DNA of 20,618 bases from Cyanobacteriota bacterium. GTDB lineage: Bacteria > Cyanobacteriota > Cyanobacteriia > Cyanobacteriales > Nostocaceae. The DNA lies in assembly GCA_046045965.1 (NCBI GenBank), contig JBJOKS010000049.1, positions 1 through 20,618 of the forward strand, given 5' to 3'. Of this stretch, positions 17,195-20,618 are shown one piece after another (position 1 is the first letter of the stretch; the number at the start of each line of letters is the position of its first letter). The notes under the pieces were generated by a model that saw only the letters and a program-made list of their open reading frames with translations, was not told where the DNA came from and ran no database searches. The translations under genes were made by a program, and so were the position numbers.

Positions 17195-17380
17195 TCTCCT
17201 CTCAATGCCTACGAAGTTAGCTGACGGACTAGGGTTGAGAGATACCCCTTTTTGCTCGATTTTGGCTTATTTTCTAACATTAAGTTGGAAATTTATTCAC
17301 CCATCAAAACAAAAATACGCCCCATAATTTGGTTCCTCCGTTCTAACGCTGTTGACTCTAACGCGTTAAATTAGGCTGAC
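17195..17380 (-). ncRNA. c-di-AMP (ydaO/yuaA) riboswitch upstream of the ABC operon, with an enlarged variable stem
   Basis: Minus strand GCCTAAT..GAACGGAGGAACCA..TGGGGCGTATT..CTCTCAACCCTAGTCCGTCAGCTAACTTCGTAGGCATTGAGAGGAG; boundaries approximate. Confidence 0.88.
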
Positions 17381-17656
17381 TTACTCACAATTAATAGTAA
17401 CAGCGAAAATCTAACATTGATGAATAGTAATAACATCAGTATTTAAAATAAAAATTAGTTACTTTACTACTTACATCAAGCGGTTCAATTGATTTTATGC
17501 TGTACTATCAACATATTTCATCAGGTTAGTAATTATTCAAAATACCGTATTCAAAATCGAGTAAGAATCATATTTTTCGCGTTATTATTGCTAATTTTTT
17601 GAAAAATTAACTTTTCTATATTCCTGTTAACCAGAAATATTCTAACTCCTGAATTC

Positions 17657-18340
17657 TTACAATAAACCTCGTTTTTTCAATTTAGCTAACGCATCCTCAG
17701 CCGCAGCCTTTTCTGCTTCTTTTTTATTTTTTCCTTTGGCTTCCCCATATTCTTTACCCTCTACTAATACTTTAGCGATAAATTCTGGTGCATGAGAGGG
17801 TCCGCCTATTTGTTCTGTTACATATTTCGGAGGATTTGCACCAATTTCTCGTTGTACCCATTCCTGAAAGCGATTTTTTGAATCTACATTAGAACGGGGT
17901 GCTATAATTAGTTCTGATACGGAATCAAATAATTGTTCAAGAATAGGGCGGAGTGGTTCAACATTACAATTATTATCTAAATAATAAGCGCCTACTATTG
18001 CTTCAAAGGTGCTACTGAGTAGGTTAGGGTTTTGATATCCTCCGTCTCTAATTGTTCCTTTTCCTAATCTCATTCTGAAGTCTAAACCGACTTCTACAGC
18101 GAATTTTGCTAGTTGTTTTTCTTCTACTAATGCAGAACGAAGACGAGTTAATTCATCTTCTCCTTTTTCGGGATGACGACGGTACAAATATTGACCGCTG
18201 ATGAAGTTGAGAATAGCATCACCGAGAAATTCTAAGCGTTCGTTGTGTTCTCCTTCTCCTGGGTTTTCGTTGACATAGGAACGGTGGGTTAATGCTTGTC
18301 GCAGGAGTTTTTCGTTATGGAATGTAAGAAGGTTGTGCAT
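17657..18340 (-). CDS. rnc: Ribonuclease III
   Basis: ALTHRSY, NERLEFLGDAIL signature, FEAIVGAYYLD, C-terminal dsRBD (DSKNRFQEWVQ..GPSHAPEF..GKNKKEAEKAAA). Confidence 0.95.
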   Translation of the reverse strand: MHNLLTFHNEKLLRQALTHRSYVNENPGEGEHNERLEFLGDAILNFISGQYLYRRHPEKGEDELTRLRSALVEEKQLAKFAVEVGLDFRMRLGKGTIRDGGYQNPNLLSSTFEAIVGAYYLDNNCNVEPLRPILEQLFDSVSELIIAPRSNVDSKNRFQEWVQREIGANPPKYVTEQIGGPSHAPEFIAKVLVEGKEYGEAKGKNKKEAEKAAAEDALAKLKKRGLL

Positions 18341-18375
18341 TTTTATTTTTTATCTTATTTGTGAATTTAATGGAA

Positions 18376-18400
18376 GGGCGGGCAAGATGCCCACCCCACA
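18376..18400. repeat. REP-like / SDR-like GC-rich palindrome
   Basis: GGGCGGGCA-AGA-TGCCCACCC(CACA) between the HNH gene and rnc. Confidence 0.65.
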
Positions 18401-18426
18401 AAATTACAACCTGAAAACTTCAGGTA

Positions 18427-18663
18427 TTACTGAGAAACAGGTAGTTTTACACCTGGTGGAAATAGACTATTTCCACGAGAACGGTTACAAGTTAAACAAG
18501 CTAGTCGTAAGTTCTCTAAAGAATTAGAACCACCACGACTTTTTGGGAGAAGATGTTCAATAGTTAGTTTATCTATTGACATTGACTTACGACACCACCA
18601 ACAACAAGAACCATATACATCAGACAGTTTTTGCTTCTTGCTGTGTTTTTGTTTGGAATTCAT
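18427..18663 (-). CDS. Minimal HNH endonuclease (78 aa, zinc-finger type)
   Basis: CWWC..LTIEHLLPKSRGGSNSLENLRLACLTCNRSRGN (CxxC..H..N..CxxCN). Confidence 0.88.
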   Translation of the reverse strand: MNSKQKHSKKQKLSDVYGSCCWWCRKSMSIDKLTIEHLLPKSRGGSNSLENLRLACLTCNRSRGNSLFPPGVKLPVSQ

Positions 18664-18797
18664 GTGAATTGGTTTCCGTTGATTTTTTTATCAACAGCAT
18701 CGGAAAACCACATATCTATTAGCATTAAAGCTAGGTGAGAGAGTAGATTAAAAAATCAGTTCTCTCTTATTTAGCTTCTCTAAATTAATCAGTTCAA

Positions 18798-19266
18798 GTC
18801 TCAGCAGTATGATTCCCAAATTACCGCCAACAGTTAGCTTCGTTCCTGCGGCTGAAATTTGACCTAAAAAAATTAACTTTTAACCAGCATTCCTGATGAA
18901 TTTGTGAGTTTGTTCAGTTTTGATAATTCTGTTTCTTCTGAAGTAGTATGTCGTAAATAAAATATTTTATCTATCGAGTTAGAACCCGGCGCTGAAGGTA
19001 AAAATATAGTTTTTCTACCGTCTGTAACAACCCAATTGTTTTGAGATTCTTTAATATATCCAAGATTCTCTCAGAATGGCATAATCAGTTTGCTGTTGCT
19101 AGTTCTGCTAACTTCAAAAGATTCTCACAAATACAATACCGCAAGGAATTTGAGTGCCATCACTAATTACTTTTCACTTGCTGCTTCTGCTGAAATTAAG
19201 TTTAACTTTCAGCCGAAGGAACAAAGCGAACTACTCGCGATAACTTAGGAATCCTGCTGCTGAGAC
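18798..19266 (-). other. 60-bp long-range imperfect inverted repeat (18798-18857 / 19207-19266), candidate structured RNA
   Basis: 49/60 identity between arms; 6 of 11 mismatches become G-U pairs on the minus strand. Confidence 0.75.
18873..19082 (-). pseudogene. Possible stop-interrupted small ORF (70 codons, TGA at codon 4) in the loop of the long inverted repeat
   Basis: MPF*ENLGYIKESQNNWVVTDGRKTIFLPSAPGSNSIDKIFYLRHTTSEETELSKLNKLTNSSGMLVKS*; no recognisable family. Confidence 0.3.
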
Positions 19267-19332
19267 AACCACCGACGTTTGCACGTTAGAGTTCTGCTTG
19301 AGATGGCAGTTATTTGGCTGTCTTAACTCCGT

Positions 19333-19361
19333 ATCTTAAAACACCTAAATTGGAATGTCAA
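19333..19361 (-). promoter_or_regulatory. Near-consensus sigma70-type promoter directed toward the HNH gene and rnc
   Basis: TTGACA (19361-19356), 17 bp spacer, TAAGAT (19338-19333); predicted TSS near 19326. Confidence 0.72.
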
Positions 19362-19471
19362 GTAGAATGTCAAGCCATATTTTTGTAAAAGATTGTAAAA
19401 ACCAATTTATTCTCTGTTCCCTAAAACTGGGAACTGCTATAGATTGATATCTCAACGCTTCTGCGTGAGAT

Positions 19472-19514
19472 AAAAAAATTGGGGTAACTCCAGAAAACCC
19501 AGAATTACCCCAAT
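19472..19514 (-). terminator. Intrinsic terminator of ftsH
   Basis: Minus strand AUUGGGGUAAUUCUGG..CUGGAGUUACCCCAAU then a U-run, about 20 nt after the stop. Confidence 0.85.
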
Positions 19515-19533
19515 CTTAAAAACCGACTAAAAA

Positions 19534-20616
19534 CTATGCAAAAGCAGCAGTTCTCACATCGTTATTGCCGAGAATTTCTTGCAATTCATCAGCGTCAACG
19601 GTTTCTTTATCAATCAACATTTGGGCAATTTGATCCAAAATGTGACGGTTGTTAACTAACACTTCTTTAGCACGAATGTAAGCTACATCTACTAATTTAC
19701 GAACTTCTTCATCAATTGCAGCGGCAGTTTCTTCCGAGAAATCACGCTCAGACATGATATCTCGACCTAAGAACATATTACCTTGTTGACGACCCAAAGC
19801 AACTGGACCCAAGCGATCGCTCATGCCAAAACGAGTTATCATTTGTCTAGCTACCCGTGCAACTTGTTGCAAGTCGTTGGAAGCACCGGTGGTAACTTCT
19901 TCTTCACCAAAGATGATTTCTTCAGCTAAACGACCACCTAAAGCCACGGCCATCTGATTTTCCAGATAAGCACGGCTATATAAACCAGTGTCCATGCGGT
20001 CTTCGCTAGGAGTAAACCAAGTCAAACCACCAGCACGACCACGGGGAATAATGCTAATTTTCTGTACAGGGTCATAGTCAGGCATTAAAGCACCAACTAA
20101 AGCGTGACCAGCTTCGTGATAAGCAACCAAGGTTTTGCGCTTTTCGCTCATTACGCGGTCTTTCTTTTCTGGACCCGCTAGTACACGATCAATAGCATCA
20201 TTAATTTCATCCATCGCAATTTCGGTTAAGTTGCGACGTGCTGCTAAAATTGCTGCTTCGTTCAACAGGTTAGATAAGTCTGCACCGGTAAACCCAGGGG
20301 TACGACGAGCAATTTTATCCAAGTCCACATCTTTAGATAAGGTTTTACCCCGTGCGTGAACTTTGAGAATTTCACTGCGTCCACCGTAGTCGGGACGGTC
20401 TACCACTACTTGACGGTCAAAACGACCAGGACGCAATAAAGCAGCATCGAGAACGTCAGGACGGTTGGTTGCAGCAATGATGATGATGCCGGTGTTACCT
20501 TCAAAACCATCCATTTCGGTGAGTAACTGGTTGAGGGTTTGTTCCCGTTCGTCGTTACCACCACCTAAACCTGCACCCCGTTGACGACCTACTGCGTCAA
20601 TTTCATCAATGAAGAC
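19534..20616 (-). CDS. ftsH: ATP-dependent zinc metalloprotease FtsH (FtsH3-like), 5'-truncated by window edge
   Basis: Frame stays open to the window edge: [55 protein letters not shown] zinc motif, [19 protein letters not shown]. Confidence 0.97.
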   Translation of the reverse strand, partial: VFIDEIDAVGRQRGAGLGGGNDEREQTLNQLLTEMDGFEGNTGIIIIAATNRPDVLDAALLRPGRFDRQVVVDRPDYGGRSEILKVHARGKTLSKDVDLDKIARRTPGFTGADLSNLLNEAAILAARRNLTEIAMDEINDAIDRVLAGPEKKDRVMSEKRKTLVAYHEAGHALVGALMPDYDPVQKISIIPRGRAGGLTWFTPSEDRMDTGLYSRAYLENQMAVALGGRLAEEIIFGEEEVTTGASNDLQQVARVARQMITRFGMSDRLGPVALGRQQGNMFLGRDIMSERDFSEETAAAIDEEVRKLVDVAYIRAKEVLVNNRHILDQIAQMLIDKETVDADELQEILGNNDVRTAAFA

Positions 20617-20618
20617 GA

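Noticed and set aside
17380..17650. NtcA site upstream of the ABC operon
   Set aside because: No GTA-N8-TAC match found by eye.
18798..19266. Retron msr-msd bounded by a1/a2 repeats
   Set aside because: No reverse transcriptase in the locus, which is flanked by ftsH and rnc, and the arms are longer than typical a1/a2.
18427..19330. HEARO/omegaRNA-IscB (OMEGA) system
   Set aside because: The HNH ORF is only 78 aa with no PLMP or split RuvC motifs, and I cannot match the RNA to HEARO by eye. An Infernal search would settle it.
18664..19533. CRISPR array
   Set aside because: No regularly spaced direct repeats here or elsewhere in the window, and no cas genes.

Overview
AT-rich window from a cyanobacterium, probably a filamentous Nostocales-type strain (many HIP1 GCGATCGC octamers and heptamer STRR arrays). 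In order: the 3' end of a rhomboid-family gene whose catalytic Ser and His both appear substituted; a Uma2 (DUF820) endonuclease; a secreted-protein cluster (COP23 protein, two trypsin-like serine proteases, and a VWD protein carrying an apparent permuted papain-like domain before a GDPH motif); a HIP1-bounded PemK/MazF toxin-antitoxin pair; a MITE; a 1015-aa membrane-anchored helical repeat protein; an Hlip; a minus-strand transport cluster (NrtB/NrtA/NrtD-like ABC system, USP protein, ArsB/NhaD-type permease) with two c-di-AMP (ydaO/yuaA) riboswitches; RNase III; a 78-aa HNH nuclease; and the 3' part of ftsH. The least explained part is the ~870-bp gap between ftsH and the HNH gene. It holds a near-consensus sigma70 promoter and a ~660-nt leader with a 60-bp long-range stem (G-U biased to the coding strand), a stop-interrupted small ORF in the loop and a hairpin over the HNH start codon, all just upstream of RNase III. 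This is a candidate structured-RNA / mini-HNH / RNase III system. All calls are from reading the sequence; no searches were run.
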